From Setoptus koraiensis (Eukaryota > Animalia > Arthropoda): a DNA stretch of 64,000 nucleotides. A program made the translations under genes and the position numbers. Shown here one piece after another: positions 1 through 12,921 of this stretch (position 1 is the first letter of the stretch; every line of letters starts with the position of its first letter). The stretch is from contig CM106585.1 in assembly GCA_048013815.1 (NCBI GenBank), forward strand, positions 16,182,001 to 16,246,000, read 5' to 3'. The notes under the pieces are model-generated. The model was given only the letters and a program-made list of their open reading frames with translations, was not told the DNA's origin and did not search any database.

Positions 1-1
1 T

Positions 2-3000
2 GCCTATGTAGCCAGCAACATTCAACAACCTAGAGATATCACGGTTGATTTATCTACTCATGATGTATATTGGTGTGACAGTGCGGATGATACAATCAGG
101 AAAATTAGTCTATCAGGTCAGATTACGACAATCTACAAAGAGTTACCTAATCCTTTCGGAATAGCTTTATTAGGAGAGGACGTTTTTTGGGCTGACCGTA
201 GCGCTCGTCTCGTTTATAAAGGTCCGAAAACGAATACCGACCAAACCCCTCCTCATACATTCAAGTCAGACATTGATAAGCTTAGAGATGTAGTAATATT
301 CGATGCAAGAAATCAACCAAATGACGATAGTTCACCTTGTGCAAAGTCTACAAATAACCGTTGTGATCAATTGTGCTTCGCAATGCCAAAAGAAAGTATC
401 GGGAAATGTGAATGTGCTTTTGGCAAATTGGATGCAGATGGGAGAAAATGTGTTCAAGTTGAAGAATATCTCATATTCACAACTAGGCGTGAAATACGAA
501 GTGTACATCTAGATAAATCAACCAGCGCACCTTTCTTGCCACATGGAAATCTTTCGAATGTTGTCGGCTTGGATTACGACTATGAGCGTAAGAGGCTGTT
601 TTTCACACAGATTCGTCCCGAACCTGTCATAGGATATATAGACATGGATACGACCAACTCTCCCACGCGTACAATTGAGGGAAAACCAAAAATAATTTTG
701 AAACAAGGTATTAATCCAGAGGGTATCGCTTATGATTGGACATCTCAGAAGATTTATTGGACGGATTCAGCAAATCGAAGCATATATGCAATGAATGTTA
801 ATGGAACCCACATTGTCAACATCATCAGGGTCGATCGCCCGCGGGCTTTAGTTCTAGATCCTTGCGAAGGTTATCTATACTTTACTGATTGGGGCAGATT
901 GGGAAATTCTGGCCGAATTTACCGTGCCACAATGGCAGGAGATCAGAGAACCGCTATAATCAATGCTAGTTTGACTCAACCATCGGGTCTCACCATAGAT
1001 TATGCAGACCGAAAGCTCTATTGGTCTGACGCGAGCAGAGAAAAGATCGAACGTTCTAACATGGATGGTAGCCTACGCGAGATACTCGTTTCCGCCACCA
1101 TCTACCCCTTTGCTTTAACAGTATCGGGTAACTATATTTATTGGACAGATCTACAGTTGCACGGTGTCTACAGAGCAGAGAAAAATACTGGAGCCAATAT
1201 GTTCGAGATAGTGAAGAGACTCGAAGAATCACCAAGAGATATTCACATCTTTAGTTCACAACAGGTTTTTTGTAACTTAACTCAATGCGCTATCAATAAT
1301 GGCGGGTGCACACAGTCATGTCACCCAGCACCTGGCGGTGTCGAATGCAAATGTCATGGTGGTTTCAAAATAGCCAACGAGGGTAGGATGTGTGTTCCCG
1401 AAAACGTAACTTGTGAAGATACTAAGTTCACGTGTCCCTCTGGTAAGTGTTTACCTCGTTTTTGGGTCTGCGATGGTGATAACGATTGTGGCTCTACGCC
1501 AGCGTGGGCTATTCCAACCCAAATAAGTTCAGCGCCAGTTTCTGCAAACATTAGTGCTGATGAAGACCCAGAATTCTGTAAAGTTCATCAATGTAATCCA
1601 AACGAGTTTCGTTGTAAGAACGGAAGATGCATATTCAAGAACTGGCGCTGCGATCATGATCCTGATTGCGGTAATGGGGACATGTCAGACGAAGAGGATT
1701 GCAAATATCCGCCTTGCGCACCTGGAGAATTCACATGTGATAATCAAAAGTGTATTCCTCAAGCTCAAGTATGTAATGGTATTAATGATTGCAAAGATAG
1801 CAAAACTAGCGACGAAAATCATGATTTATGCCCATCGAACAAGACCTGTCCAGCGGATCATTTCAAATGCCCTCACACTAACATTTGTGTAGAAAACTTT
1901 TGGATGTGTGATTCGGACAATGACTGTGGTTTCGCTGGACCGAATGGCACAGCAGCTGATGAAGACCCAAAACTTTGTGCCGAACGTAAATGCCCAGCTA
2001 ATAGCTTTAAATGCCCCAATAATCGATGTATTCCTGGCCTGTGGTATTGTGACGGTGACAATGATTGCGGTGACGGAACCGACGAACCAGAAGNNNNNNN
2101 NNNNNNNNNNNNNNNNNNNNNNNNNNNNNNNNNNNNNNNNNNNNNNNNNNNNNNNNNNNNNNNNNNNNNNNNNNNNNNNNNNNNNNNNNNNNNNNNNNNN
2201 NNNNNNNNNNNNNNNNNNNNNNNNNNNNNNNNNNNNNNNNNNNNNNNNNNNNNNNNNNNNNNNNNNNNNNNNNNNNNNNNNNNNNNNNNNNNNNNNNNNN
2301 NNNNNNNNNNNNNNNNNNNNNNNNNNNNNNNNNNNNNNNNNNNNNNNNNNNNNNNNNNNNNNNNNNNNNNNNNNNNNNNNNNNNNNNNNNNNNNNNNNNN
2401 NNNNNNNNNNNNNNNNNNNNNNNNNNNNNNNNNNNNNNNNNNNNNNNNNNNNNNNNNNNNNNNNNNNNNNNNNNNNNNNNNNNNNNNNNNNNNNNNNNNN
2501 NNNNNNNNNNNNNNNNNNNNNNNNNNNNNNNNNNNNNNNNNNNNNNNNNNNNNNNNNNNNNNNNNNNNNNNNNNNNNNNNNNNNNNNNNNNNNATACCAA
2601 AACTATGGTTTTGTGACGGTGATAATGACTGTCAGGACACATCTGATCCATCCACGTCTAGTGACGAACCTGCTTTCCAGTGCAGGAATAGAAATTGCAC
2701 AACAGGTTGGCTCAAATGCCCATCCCCCAACAACTACCGGTGCATACCAAGTTGGTTATTCTGCAATGAAAACGACGATTGTCACGATGCAAAAGATGGT
2801 GGGCTCAGTTCAGACGAATCTCATCCAGAAATGTGTCCCAAGTGTCATGAAACAGGAGATTTCAAGTGTAAGAATGGAAAGTGCATACCTCTGAGATGGC
2901 GTTGTGATTTCGATATGGACTGTAGTGACGGTTCTGATGAAGATCCAGCCATGTGCCAGGACTTGTATCGTGAATGCTCAGAAAGTGAGTTCCAATGTGC

Positions 3001-5533
3001 CAACAAGAAATGTATACAAAAATCCTGGCGCTGTGATTCGGACAATGATTGTAGTTCAGGCAATGATCAAGATACCAGCGACGAACAGGACTGTATGGTT
3101 TATAAATGCAAAGAAGACCAATTCAAGTGTCGTAGCGGGCACTGTATAGCGAAAAAGCTTGAATGCGATGGCAATCGCGATTGCACTGACGCTAGCGATG
3201 AGTTTAATAATAATTGTAAACCTAAATTTCCTGGTGGCCGTTATTGTTCACCATCCATGTTTCAATGTAACAATACCGTTTGTTTGAGGCCCGATTTCGT
3301 CTGTGATGGAGAAAATGATTGCAGTTCCGATCATTCAGACACCAGTGATGAAGACTCAGAGGCTTGTAACTCAAAACCTTATGAATGTGATCCATATAGA
3401 AAGTTCCTATGCGATAATAAGCGTTGCATACCAAAGTGGCAAACTTGCAATGGCGAAGATAATTGTGGAGATGGAAGTGACGAGAACAACAAGCACATCT
3501 GCCAGCGTCTTACTGTCAAGTGTTTGGAAACTGAATATAAGTGTGACCACAACAAGTGTCTCACAAAAGACAAACTATGCAATCACATCAATGACTGCGA
3601 TGATCTCTCGGATGAGCGTGGCTGTCACAAAGGAATCTGTAGTCCACCTGAGAAAATAGGACCTTGCTCACATAATTGTACTTCACTGGGAGACCAAGGT
3701 GACTTTTTCTGTACATGCCCTAAAGGATTTATTGTGTCCCATAACGAATCTCGAGACGGCCGAAACTCTAGCTCATTGTGTGTCGATTTGAACGAATGTC
3801 AAAGTCTTCGAATGAACAACTGCTCACAGATATGTGTCAACGATCCGGGAACATTCCATTGCGATTGTAACCCGGGATTTACCCAGTATGTAGGTGGCGA
3901 TTGTCTATTTGATGGATACAAAGAACATATCTTATATGCTAATGGGCCAGAAATAAGAGCCACCAATAGTGAAGGAGCATCCTCACTCATCAACAATCAA
4001 AGTCGTATTCAAGCTTTAGACTTCGACCCAACAAGTGATCCTGCCGTCTTATACTGGACTGATTCTCATGATAAAATCATCAAGCGTTCTATCATGCCCG
4101 ACCCTAACGATCCTCATCATGGCCAGGGCTATGCACAAGTCATTAGTACTAAAGATATTTCTCAGCCAGTCGATATTGCAGTAGATTGGGTTGGTAGAAA
4201 TCTTTATTGGGTCGATGTACTTCAAGAGAGCATTCCTAGACCGAAAGGCAAGATCATGGTTAGTCTGCTAGATGGAAGATACAAGAGACAACTGATACCA
4301 AATGGCTTAGAAAGACCAACCTCTCTTGTACTGGATCCCGAGCTGGCGATCATGTTCTGGGCAGATGCTGGCACATCACCTAAAATAGAGACATCATGGA
4401 TGGACGGATCTAAGAGAAGAGTACTGATAAACGAGCGTCTAGGCCATCCGTCAGGTATTACCGTGGATTATCTGAGCAACCATCGTATCTACTGGTGTGA
4501 CGCCAAGTTGAATACAATCGAAACATCAAACAATGATGGTTCCGATAGGCATGTGGTAATACATGAGGGTATCTCCCATCCATTCAGTGTCGACGTGTTC
4601 GCCACCCATCTGTATTGGATAACACGAGATACTGGAGAGGTGTATCGCCAGGACAAATTTGGACATGGAGTCAAGGTCCTAATGAAGCGCTCTATAGATC
4701 ACACCACTGATGTTAAAGTGTATCATCAACAAAAGTACGATACCAAACTCAAGAGCAACTGTTCTAGTAATCCATGTACTCATCTTTGCCTATTGACGCC
4801 AACTGAATCAGGTTACCACTGTGCTTGCCCAGACGGATCATTACAACCCGATGGTAGGGGATGCACTGCGGCATTTGAGTCACCTCTGGCACAACCTTAT
4901 AAATGCCCTTGTAAAAATTCTGGTTCATGCGTAGAAAATCCTGATTCTTCTCAGGTAACATGCCGATGTCAAGATTCCTTCGAAGGAGCTGCATGCGAAG
5001 ACTTTATTGGTTACCAAAAACGACCAATAGCTGAAAATGTTGTTTTGGCAGTGGCTGAATCACTGTTGTTCGTCTTTATGGTGTCCGCCATACCATTGCT
5101 AACCTTGGCAGCATTGTACATTTACTTCAAAAATCGCAACATCAAATCTGCTCAACATCAAAGTGTCCTTTTCAGAAACGGATCTAACGTCGAGTTCACC
5201 GCACCATCATTTATGAGCAGTAGTAGCCGAGGCTCTGATATTCTGCTTCAAGATAGTGGCTCCATTGATGGAGGCTCATTTGATCTAGGTAGTCTTTCAA
5301 AAGCCTCCACGGACTTCAGTAATCCTATGTATGCTATAGGAAACGACAACACTTTGAAAAACGTTGCTCTTCCGACTATGAACCAGGCAACGTCGTCTTT
5401 GTCACAACATACCTCCGATACAGTAACTCACAAATCATCACGCCACATCAGACAGGTTGGCTTGTCACCAACGAAAGTGGAGACAGACAAAGATACCCAA
5501 ATGCTCGTCGAAGAGGACAAATCTGAAAACTGA
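2..5533 (+). CDS. LRP2: Megalin / LRP2, 3' portion (5' end outside the window; interrupted by an assembly gap)
   Basis: The frame is open from base 2 ([26 protein letters not shown]...), upstream of the ORF-track start at 371. It contains YWTD propellers, EGF repeats, many LDLa repeats (C..F.C....CI...W.CD...DC....DE), a TM segment ([30 protein letters not shown]) and a tail with FRNGSNVEF and FSNPMY (NPxY). Domain order and motifs such as CHETGDFKC and PKFPGGRYC match megalin rather than LRP1. No introns in the sequenced parts. Confidence 0.95.
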   Translation, partial: AYVASNIQQPRDITVDLSTHDVYWCDSADDTIRKISLSGQITTIYKELPNPFGIALLGEDVFWADRSARLVYKGPKTNTDQTPPHTFKSDIDKLRDVVIFDARNQPNDDSSPCAKSTNNRCDQLCFAMPKESIGKCECAFGKLDADGRKCVQVEEYLIFTTRREIRSVHLDKSTSAPFLPHGNLSNVVGLDYDYERKRLFFTQIRPEPVIGYIDMDTTNSPTRTIEGKPKIILKQGINPEGIAYDWTSQKIYWTDSANRSIYAMNVNGTHIVNIIRVDRPRALVLDPCEGYLYFTDWGRLGNSGRIYRATMAGDQRTAIINASLTQPSGLTIDYADRKLYWSDASREKIERSNMDGSLREILVSATIYPFALTVSGNYIYWTDLQLHGVYRAEKNTGANMFEIVKRLEESPRDIHIFSSQQVFCNLTQCAINNGGCTQSCHPAPGGVECKCHGGFKIANEGRMCVPENVTCEDTKFTCPSGKCLPRFWVCDGDNDCGSTPAWAIPTQISSAPVSANISADEDPEFCKVHQCNPNEFRCKNGRCIFKNWRCDHDPDCGNGDMSDEEDCKYPPCAPGEFTCDNQKCIPQAQVCNGINDCKDSKTSDENHDLCPSNKTCPADHFKCPHTNICVENFWMCDSDNDCGFAGPNGTAADEDPKLCAERKCPANSFKCPNNRCIPGLWYCDGDNDCGDGTDEPEXXXXXXXXXXXXXXXXXXXXXXXXXXXXXXXXXXXXXXXXXXXXXXXXXXXXXXXXXXXXXXXXXXXXXXXXXXXXXXXXXXXXXXXXXXXXXXXXXXXXXXXXXXXXXXXXXXXXXXXXXXXXXXXXXXXXXXXXXXXXXXXXXXXXXXXXXXXXXXXXXXXXXXXIPKLWFCDGDNDCQDTSDPSTSSDEPAFQCRNRNCTTGWLKCPSPNNYRCIPSWLFCNENDDCHDAKDGGLSSDESHPEMCPKCHETGDFKCKNGKCIPLRWRCDFDMDCSDGSDEDPAMCQDLYRECSESEFQCANKKCIQKSWRCDSDNDCSSGNDQDTSDEQDCMVYKCKEDQFKCRSGHCIAKKLECDGNRDCTDASDEFNNNCKPKFPGGRYCSPSMFQCNNTVCLRPDFVCDGENDCSSDHSDTSDEDSEACNSKPYECDPYRKFLCDNKRCIPKWQTCNGEDNCGDGSDENNKHICQRLTVKCLETEYKCDHNKCLTKDKLCNHINDCDDLSDERGCHKGICSPPEKIGPCSHNCTSLGDQGDFFCTCPKGFIVSHNESRDGRNSSSLCVDLNECQSLRMNNCSQICVNDPGTFHCDCNPGFTQYVGGDCLFDGYKEHILYANGPEIRATNSEGASSLINNQSRIQALDFDPTSDPAVLYWTDSHDKIIKRSIMPDPNDPHHGQGYAQVISTKDISQPVDIAVDWVGRNLYWVDVLQESIPRPKGKIMVSLLDGRYKRQLIPNGLERPTSLVLDPELAIMFWADAGTSPKIETSWMDGSKRRVLINERLGHPSGITVDYLSNHRIYWCDAKLNTIETSNNDGSDRHVVIHEGISHPFSVDVFATHLYWITRDTGEVYRQDKFGHGVKVLMKRSIDHTTDVKVYHQQKYDTKLKSNCSSNPCTHLCLLTPTESGYHCACPDGSLQPDGRGCTAAFESPLAQPYKCPCKNSGSCVENPDSSQVTCRCQDSFEGAACEDFIGYQKRPIAENVVLAVAESLLFVFMVSAIPLLTLAALYIYFKNRNIKSAQHQSVLFRNGSNVEFTAPSFMSSSSRGSDILLQDSGSIDGGSFDLGSLSKASTDFSNPMYAIGNDNTLKNVALPTMNQATSSLSQHTSDTVTHKSSRHIRQVGLSPTKVETDKDTQMLVEEDKSEN
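2094..2593. other. Assembly gap (500 N) inside the megalin CDS
   Basis: Run of exactly 500 N; the round number suggests a placeholder length. Confidence 0.99.
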
Positions 5534-6043
5534 TACCCCCCATCGTTATGATTGCTAACTAAAGAAACTAAAGAAACTCAAGATCTGAGAAAGAGATTTG
5601 ATCATTAATATTCAGCGCGTCACAGAGAAAAAAGAGTATTTATCATTTTGTTTTACCATGAATTTGTGCGTGTAAATATAATATTGTATAATAAGAGTTT
5701 CCCAAGGAACTGGGAGCTATTTTAGTGAATTAAAGTCAAGTTATCGTTCCAACCAATTGAATTTTTTGCTCCATCTCAAGTTACTCTTCAATAGTCGAAG
5801 CCTCACTGAAGCTGCTTCTGACCCATCTTCTATTTCGCGCCTATTCACATGTCAACGCTACTGATTAATTATTTCATTAGAGATGTTTGATTTAAACTAT
5901 ATAGATTAGTCAGTTTGAGAGATGAACATCGAATTACCAATCTGATCCAGATTTATTTAAAAATGAATGTGCGCTTAGTTATAAAATTTAGGATTGTTCA
6001 CACCGTTTAATAACAACACTACAATATTAACAATTCAGATGCG

Positions 6044-8290
6044 TTATATTTTGGGCTTTCCTTTGTCCTTCGACATCTGGTGATCACTTGAGGAGGAAGG
6101 CAAGGCCGATCGCTGTTCGTCTATGCGATCAGATTGGAATCGCATTATTAGATTAAAAAAGTCATCCTCAGTGTCTTTCAAACGTTGTTGACACATTTCA
6201 CTGGATGCAGTTGTGAGACCACTCAAACAAACACTTGAGGATCTTTTTTGGAACTTTTCTGATTGTTTGCTGACGCTAGATGAAGGGTTGACATCGCTCT
6301 TGGGCGGTGAATTGAGATTACTAGTTTTAGGTATGGCCACTCGTTGATCATCTAATCTAGTGGACTGACATTTCATCAAAAGATCTAAAAAGCGCTCGTC
6401 TGATTGTGGTTCTACAGCTAAAGATTGGTACCGTCTAGAAAGGGGTTTTTTATTGACTGGTACCTTTCTTTCGCTCGCGTTCTTTTGACTTGATAAAACT
6501 TCTTGACTTGGCGTTGTGAACGAGCTACCGTCTACAGGATGAAATGCTTGTGTCTTACTGTTCATCACATTGATGGTACCATTTGTGGCAGCTTTGCACC
6601 CTGGAAGAGAAGCTCGTTGCTCGTCCATTCTCTGGCCCTGAGCTCCTGCAATCAACTCAAACAATTGATCCCGATGCTCTGCAGATACTGTGGGTCGACG
6701 AGCAATGTGCTTCACCATTTCTGATTGACATGGATAATTGGCGAGAGAACTTTTTCTGTACGCTTGCTTGACTGGTACTGTGCTACTTGATCTTGGAGCT
6801 GGACCTAGATTTTCTTTATCATCCTTAGTTGGAGCTTGACTATTTTTTACAATTTCGCACCTCTGCTCATCAATGCGACCACTTTGAAAGTGAGCAATCA
6901 TATCAAGCAATCTTTCGCTAGATGCACTCTTATTTAGTTTTTCCCCCGAAAACTTCCGGTTATGTTTATGGTCAACTGGATCAAATGCGCAATTTAATTG
7001 TTTCTCGAATCGTCTTTGCTCCTGTTCTTGACGTTTGTCAGGCGTTAATCGGAGCAAGTTCAAGCGTTCCATGCTGAAACGTTTATTTTTGGTGGTCTGA
7101 TGACTAGTCTGATCTATGCTTGAACTTCGGGCTCCTTGATTAATCAAGGAGCCAGATATCGTGAACACCTGATTACCATCTTGGTTGGTATTTTGCGATT
7201 GTTTATTCATTAATATAGCTTGTATTTCGTCTATATTGATTTGAGCGCTATCTTGGCCTGCTTCATCTCCCAATTCCTTTGCGATCTCCAGGTGTTTCTT
7301 GGCGTATTCCAGCGCACTATGATGATCATTTTTAAGTTGATAAATGTTGACTAAACTCCAACAAGCTCGACCCTCCCCCAGCCTATCTTTTAATTTTCTG
7401 ACTATATCCAGGTACGAATGATGATATTTGATAGCCGATTCATAATCGCGCAATAAGGTGTATGTGTTCGCTAGACTGTAAAAAGATTGAGCCTCAACTG
7501 TTTTGTCATCTAATTCTTGAGCTAAATGCAGTGTTTGAAAATAGTTTTCTAACGCCTCTTGAAAGTTTCCCAGGAAGACATTTGCGTTGCCTAGATTACA
7601 TTGAGCTCGTCGTTCTGCGGCCCTATCACCAAATCTTCGCGCAATCTCTAGTCTTTTTTCATGATTGAGCACAGCTAATTGAAAGTTGCCAATTAAATAG
7701 TGTGTGTTACCCAAGTTACCGTAGGCTCTACCCATGGCAGCGTCGTCTTTTAGTTCCTGTGCAACACTTAGATTGGCCTCATAGTATTCTACTGCTTGCA
7801 ATAAGCACGATTTAATATTATCAGGCAGTTCGCCAGGATTTTGTCTATCCAGATGTAGCATCTTTTTGCCTTTGGTATGATAAACGTTGCCCAAGTTGTA
7901 TAGGGCTCTTCCCTCTCCAACTTTGTCATTTAAGTTTTTGCTAATCTCTAGATGTCGAAGACAATATTCGGCGGCCTCGTCAAATTTGTCCAGCATCTTG
8001 AGTGTGTTTCCCAGATTTCCGCTGGCCTTGGCCTCGGCCACTTCGTCATGAATGTTTTTTGTGGTGGCAACATCGAGTTTGTGATATTCGAGAGCTTTTT
8101 CGTATTTTTCCAAATAGAAATATGCATTGCCTAGCTGAGAGTATATGGCCGAGAGGGTGCGTTGATCGTTTGTGCCCACTTTAATGGCGGCCTCAAAGAA
8201 TGCCACTCCGCTCTGAAAGTCGCCCGTCTTGCACAGTCGTTCGCCCTCCAGGGCCAGTTCCATGCAAGTGGATGTGGTTGTACCGTCCAT
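6044..8290 (-). CDS. pins: Partner of Inscuteable / G-protein signaling modulator (LGN/AGS3 family), single exon, 748 aa
   Basis: N-terminal MELALEGERLCK followed by a TPR array (LSAIYSQLGNAYF, EAKASGNLGNTLK, GRALYNLGNVYH). Four C-terminal GoLoco motifs ending in DEQR/DEQR/DDQR/DEQR. Confidence 0.97.
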   Translation of the reverse strand: MDGTTTSTCMELALEGERLCKTGDFQSGVAFFEAAIKVGTNDQRTLSAIYSQLGNAYFYLEKYEKALEYHKLDVATTKNIHDEVAEAKASGNLGNTLKMLDKFDEAAEYCLRHLEISKNLNDKVGEGRALYNLGNVYHTKGKKMLHLDRQNPGELPDNIKSCLLQAVEYYEANLSVAQELKDDAAMGRAYGNLGNTHYLIGNFQLAVLNHEKRLEIARRFGDRAAERRAQCNLGNANVFLGNFQEALENYFQTLHLAQELDDKTVEAQSFYSLANTYTLLRDYESAIKYHHSYLDIVRKLKDRLGEGRACWSLVNIYQLKNDHHSALEYAKKHLEIAKELGDEAGQDSAQINIDEIQAILMNKQSQNTNQDGNQVFTISGSLINQGARSSSIDQTSHQTTKNKRFSMERLNLLRLTPDKRQEQEQRRFEKQLNCAFDPVDHKHNRKFSGEKLNKSASSERLLDMIAHFQSGRIDEQRCEIVKNSQAPTKDDKENLGPAPRSSSTVPVKQAYRKSSLANYPCQSEMVKHIARRPTVSAEHRDQLFELIAGAQGQRMDEQRASLPGCKAATNGTINVMNSKTQAFHPVDGSSFTTPSQEVLSSQKNASERKVPVNKKPLSRRYQSLAVEPQSDERFLDLLMKCQSTRLDDQRVAIPKTSNLNSPPKSDVNPSSSVSKQSEKFQKRSSSVCLSGLTTASSEMCQQRLKDTEDDFFNLIMRFQSDRIDEQRSALPSSSSDHQMSKDKGKPKI

Positions 8291-9753
8291 TTTTAAGTGA
8301 GTGTGTGTGTGTGTGTGTGTGTGTTAATATCGGATATTGATTGACAAATATTGTAGCTAGTGCAGACGGCGGATATGTATTGGTGTGTGGTATTTACTAA
8401 TAAATTTATATGAATCGGTGAATGTGCGTATATCGGCTGGCTACGTTGCAACGGTCAATGTTGTTTGCGTGTGTATGCGCGTTGTGTTGTTGTGTTGGTC
8501 ACTATACGATTGTTGTGTCACATATTTAATTAGCAGCGACGGGCTCAAAATGGTCGACGACAACCCTTGTTCGGTGTGTTGCCCCAGCGATGTTGACGGT
8601 CAGCACTACTGGCGCTACTCTAATGCGCTTGCCTCAATGATTCGCCTCATTAGTGCGGACATGGCACACACACAATATTGAATACAATTCTAAAATAATA
8701 CTTGTTACAAGATGAGCTATTCAGTTGGCCTGGCCCTCTACCGCTACCACTTCTAACACACTAAATTCTAAACGCTAAATGTTAATTCTATTTTCTCAAT
8801 GAACCTCAAGCCAGCAACTGGATCACAGTGGCCGTAGTGCGTGCCATGATGCAATTGTTAGCGCCCAAATGCATAAATAAAAATAACGTTCGCCAGTCGG
8901 CCGCTACAGCCCTACCCAATAACACTGGCGCAATGTTTCAACTGTTGTAACGCATTGATTTAACAATCTGTGCGTCCCATTAGAGAGAACATCGCTCAAA
9001 CGCACACACACACACACGGTACACAGAATGTTCTGCTGCTGTTGCTTGTATCGGTTGTGTTGGAGTGTGTGTGTGTGTGTGCGTGCCTATAGACGCGAAT
9101 TTGCGAATCGGATGCGTGTTGTGGCGGTTGCAGAGAGCGCGTCCGCAACCTTGTGCGTGCTGCCTTTCATTCAACGTGGTTGGCGCCCACAATAGTTCTA
9201 TCGCACTCGCACACACACACACACACATACAGTTCGTAAACGGACATTTCCCCCACTCCGCCACTCGCTACACCGTGGCCCGTAATAGAACTCCTAAATG
9301 GTTGGCTGGTTCGTTCGTTGGCTGCTGCCCGACATACTCTGTGCCCCACACACTCCAGAGCGCGCCAGCGCTCACACAGCCCGCTTGTGCTACAGCTCAA
9401 CATCTCGCGCGCGCGCGCTCTTCTCCTAAACGCTCCTGATGTGCTGTGTTTGCTGCGGATGTGCCATTGCGCAGAGCAGCACCAAACAAACAGATGCGCA
9501 CACTCGTCAATGTTAATACCCTCATCCTGTGTAAGTGTATTTGTTTGTTTGAACGGGCAGCCCCAATATCTGGTTGTTGTTCGGAAACCCAAGAAGTGCG
9601 AACTAACAGCTACCTTGCCAAACGCGCTCATCCGCTAGCGAAAGGGCCTATTTACACACGAGGTGCGCGCTACCTAGCTCTATCGCAACTATATTACGAG
9701 CTTGGCGCGCGCGCGAAAAATGGTCTTCGTCACCCAACTGTGTGCAAGTGTGT

Positions 9754-9755
<2 letters not shown>

Positions 9756-9822
<67 letters not shown>
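9756..9822. repeat. (GT)n microsatellite, ~67 bp
   Basis: Uninterrupted GT run. Many shorter (CA/TG)n tracts occur throughout the non-coding DNA. Confidence 0.97.
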
Positions 9823-9824
<2 letters not shown>

Positions 9825-12800
9825 TGTGTGAGTGTATGTTGTTTTATATCTTTTTCTACTCACGCACCTCGTGCACAGATTGCATCAACTATGGGCACTA
9901 CTACTGCTGGTGCACATATTATGTAATCGGCTGACTGGTTGAACTGTGAGAGGCGAGACCAGGGTTGTCAGGATCGGTTGATCATGATCGCGCGCATCGC
10001 AAAACAAGTGAATAACATGCGATAAACATATAGACAAGGACACTCTCTCGCTCTCTCTCCCTCTTTCTCGAGCCAGCAAGCTGGCCACCAAAGAGATACC
10101 ACAAATCACTGCTGTGTGAGCTATTATCGCGCACGTTCTATAAGTTCGTGTTACCCCACTGAATAATAATAATCTCGTCTCTTCGATCACCTTCGATGTG
10201 CCAAGACGCATTTTGCGCTTGTATGGCGAGCTCGGGATGCAAACAGACCCATGGACCCAACAGAGGATATTCCTCTTCGTCGTCTCAGTGACAGGCCGAC
10301 TACACAAGTCAATATGTCTCTCAACTGTTGTCTCAATTGTGGCTCGCAAATATCTGACGATATCTGGCCTCGTGCAAGTCGTTCATCAAAGTCATTTAGT
10401 CCTTGACAGTGCCCATGCAACATATTAGCACAATGTGTAATATATATGTATATACATGTGTGTATGTTTGTTGACGCACAAAACTTCCGTTAGATGGATG
10501 AGTTGGCCATCAGTTATTGCAAGTGGCGTACATTCTGACGGATCGCACACATATATAAACTCTGACCCGCATCTACAAATCGCCGCTCGTTGATTGAAAC
10601 CAATGAGTAGGGCGATGAAATACGGCCAAAGTACAAATTGAATCCGGTCGCATTGTTTCAACGAACGAAAGGTCTGTGTCTAACACTAACTTCCTTTCTG
10701 TTCAGTTATGTATTATCGTTAGCACAGGTGCTACAATGTTGCGCGTGTCAGCGTCATGTCCGATTATGCAAGCCTCACACGAGGCACAATTGACAGGCTA
10801 ACAGTTCAGTAGTTCACTGGATATAGGTCGAGCTTTGGTTTGATTCATTCAGCTCGTTATGAACAGGAAACATACTGTCAATTTAGGCATACTACACAAC
10901 CTGTTTTGCAAATACACACGCGCACCACAACGGTCATCAACGTAATATGTTTCAATGCCACTACCCATATAATATATCTGGCATGCAGATTGCAATAAGC
11001 AGTCAGCTATTGGGGAAAAGAAAAAAATATTTATATCGAGATTTGTTTACTTATTTTGACCAGCCGTCTAGATATCTCACATGCGCAGAGGCCCACAAAT
11101 AAATTCATTCTGTGTGATAAAAAACATTTGGCAAACATTATGCAAAGCATAATAAAATGATTAGATCTCTCTTGCAAGTGCTATAAAGGTCTCAACTGGC
11201 GGCACTATCGCTGTTTTGTTGGACGTACTCTCAAGTTATCATGCGGCCAATCATTGTTAACTTTAGCGCCTGCCCGTTGCACACGTGTCGGTGTTCTTGA
11301 AGGAATAGACATCTTCAGATAAAATGTGCGCTTGGTCCTTAGATTCAATATCGCATTCGCTTGCCACCAGCCCGATTATCATTGGTAATGTAAAAATATA
11401 ATAACGGCCTACGAATCGGAGGGTCTGGTCGACCACCTTGACGCAACTCACGATACGAAATGATTTGGGTGAGTTGATCTCGATACACGAGCGCTAGACC
11501 GCGACAAAATATGAAATTAATTCAGCGCGATGGACAATGCATGCACAGTTTTTAGAGTGGAGGGGCTAGCTGCTCGGTGAAGGTCATTTTGGTGGCTGTA
11601 GCCCGAGTGATATTAAGTCGAAAAATGGACCATAAAGAATGCCAGTCATCTATGTGAAAGCTCTGTGCAATTCGTGGGCTTCGTGCTAGCTCGACACCAT
11701 TCGATGATTGCATGTGAATAAATTGGGTCCAGAACAATTTCTCCCTCCTTCAGACGATCAATAAGAACTTGATAATCGACTTAGTGTATAGAGACTGACA
11801 CACACAGCAGTATGTTGACGAGTACATACTCGTCCGTATGTCTTATGAGTTGCACACCATCAATCTTACAACAAGGATTGTGAATTGGCAATGTGTGTGC
11901 ACTTGACGTAGTTGTTCATTCGTACTGTCCGAACTTCGAAGACCATCTAGCTGTGGCAAGAGAAAAACTGTGATCTTATCGCATTTGAGAGCTCATTACG
12001 AACCTGACTTAGACAGACTGAGTTTTATGTTACACGAACAGCTTTCATAGCTCCAAAAAAAAAATGGTTCGACCCCTTCACCGATATTGTCAGTCGTGTT
12101 CTCAGGCCATATGTCTACAATCTCAACTGATGATGTCGACAGAGACTCAAATGCAGCTAAACTATTGGGGCCTCACCTTGAGATAGTATTCCATTGTTAT
12201 CGTTGATTCTTACTGAGTAGAATTTATTGAAGAGCTTCTCACTGAAGTTTAGTAAATCAGCCGCCTCTTATAATTTGTACAATGTTTCATGCCAGATCAC
12301 TGATACACAGAAAAAGATTATTTGTGTCTCTTTAGCTACAATCCACTAACTAAACAGCAGCTATATTAATTTCGTAAACTGTTCTTTCGGGATTCGAGTC
12401 ACACGAAAGATCAAGATGACAATTTGCGACAGAATCTACTATTTCCTTGAAATTGGCTTTTCTTCACAGATGAACTGTGCATATATTCCGACGCCGTGAT
12501 CTGGATACACTACTGTATTTTTTGATTGACGAGCGCAGATGCAGATCACGAGATATCTGTCGCATGATCTTCAAGCCGAATCTAATCTCGCGACTTAAAC
12601 TAAGCTTCGCATTGTTCTGCTGAATCATTCTATTCAAGCAGTCGAAAAAATGAACTGAAATACGTGGTCATATCATTCGCATATGAGCTTGAGAGATATC
12701 GCATACCATTGAGAGGCCCAATGTGAATCTCGCACCAGCCTTAGAATACCGCTGAGCATCGGGATAAACGCCGGTCGACCAAAGAACAGGAAAATAGAGC

Positions 12801-12921
12801 CATTAAAAGTGAGAATCATATTTTTCTTTTAAATTCAATTCATAATCTAATTATTACTACATTTCTTACGTACTATTTACACCTAAAAACTTGTTAAATT
12901 ATTCTATGAAAGTGAACTACG

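Noticed and set aside
12066-12076. GGTTCGACCCC, a tRNA T-loop / Pol III B-box match
   Set aside because: No full 5-bp T-stem, and no acceptor stem, D-arm, anticodon arm or upstream A-box; the preceding sequence is a poly-A run.
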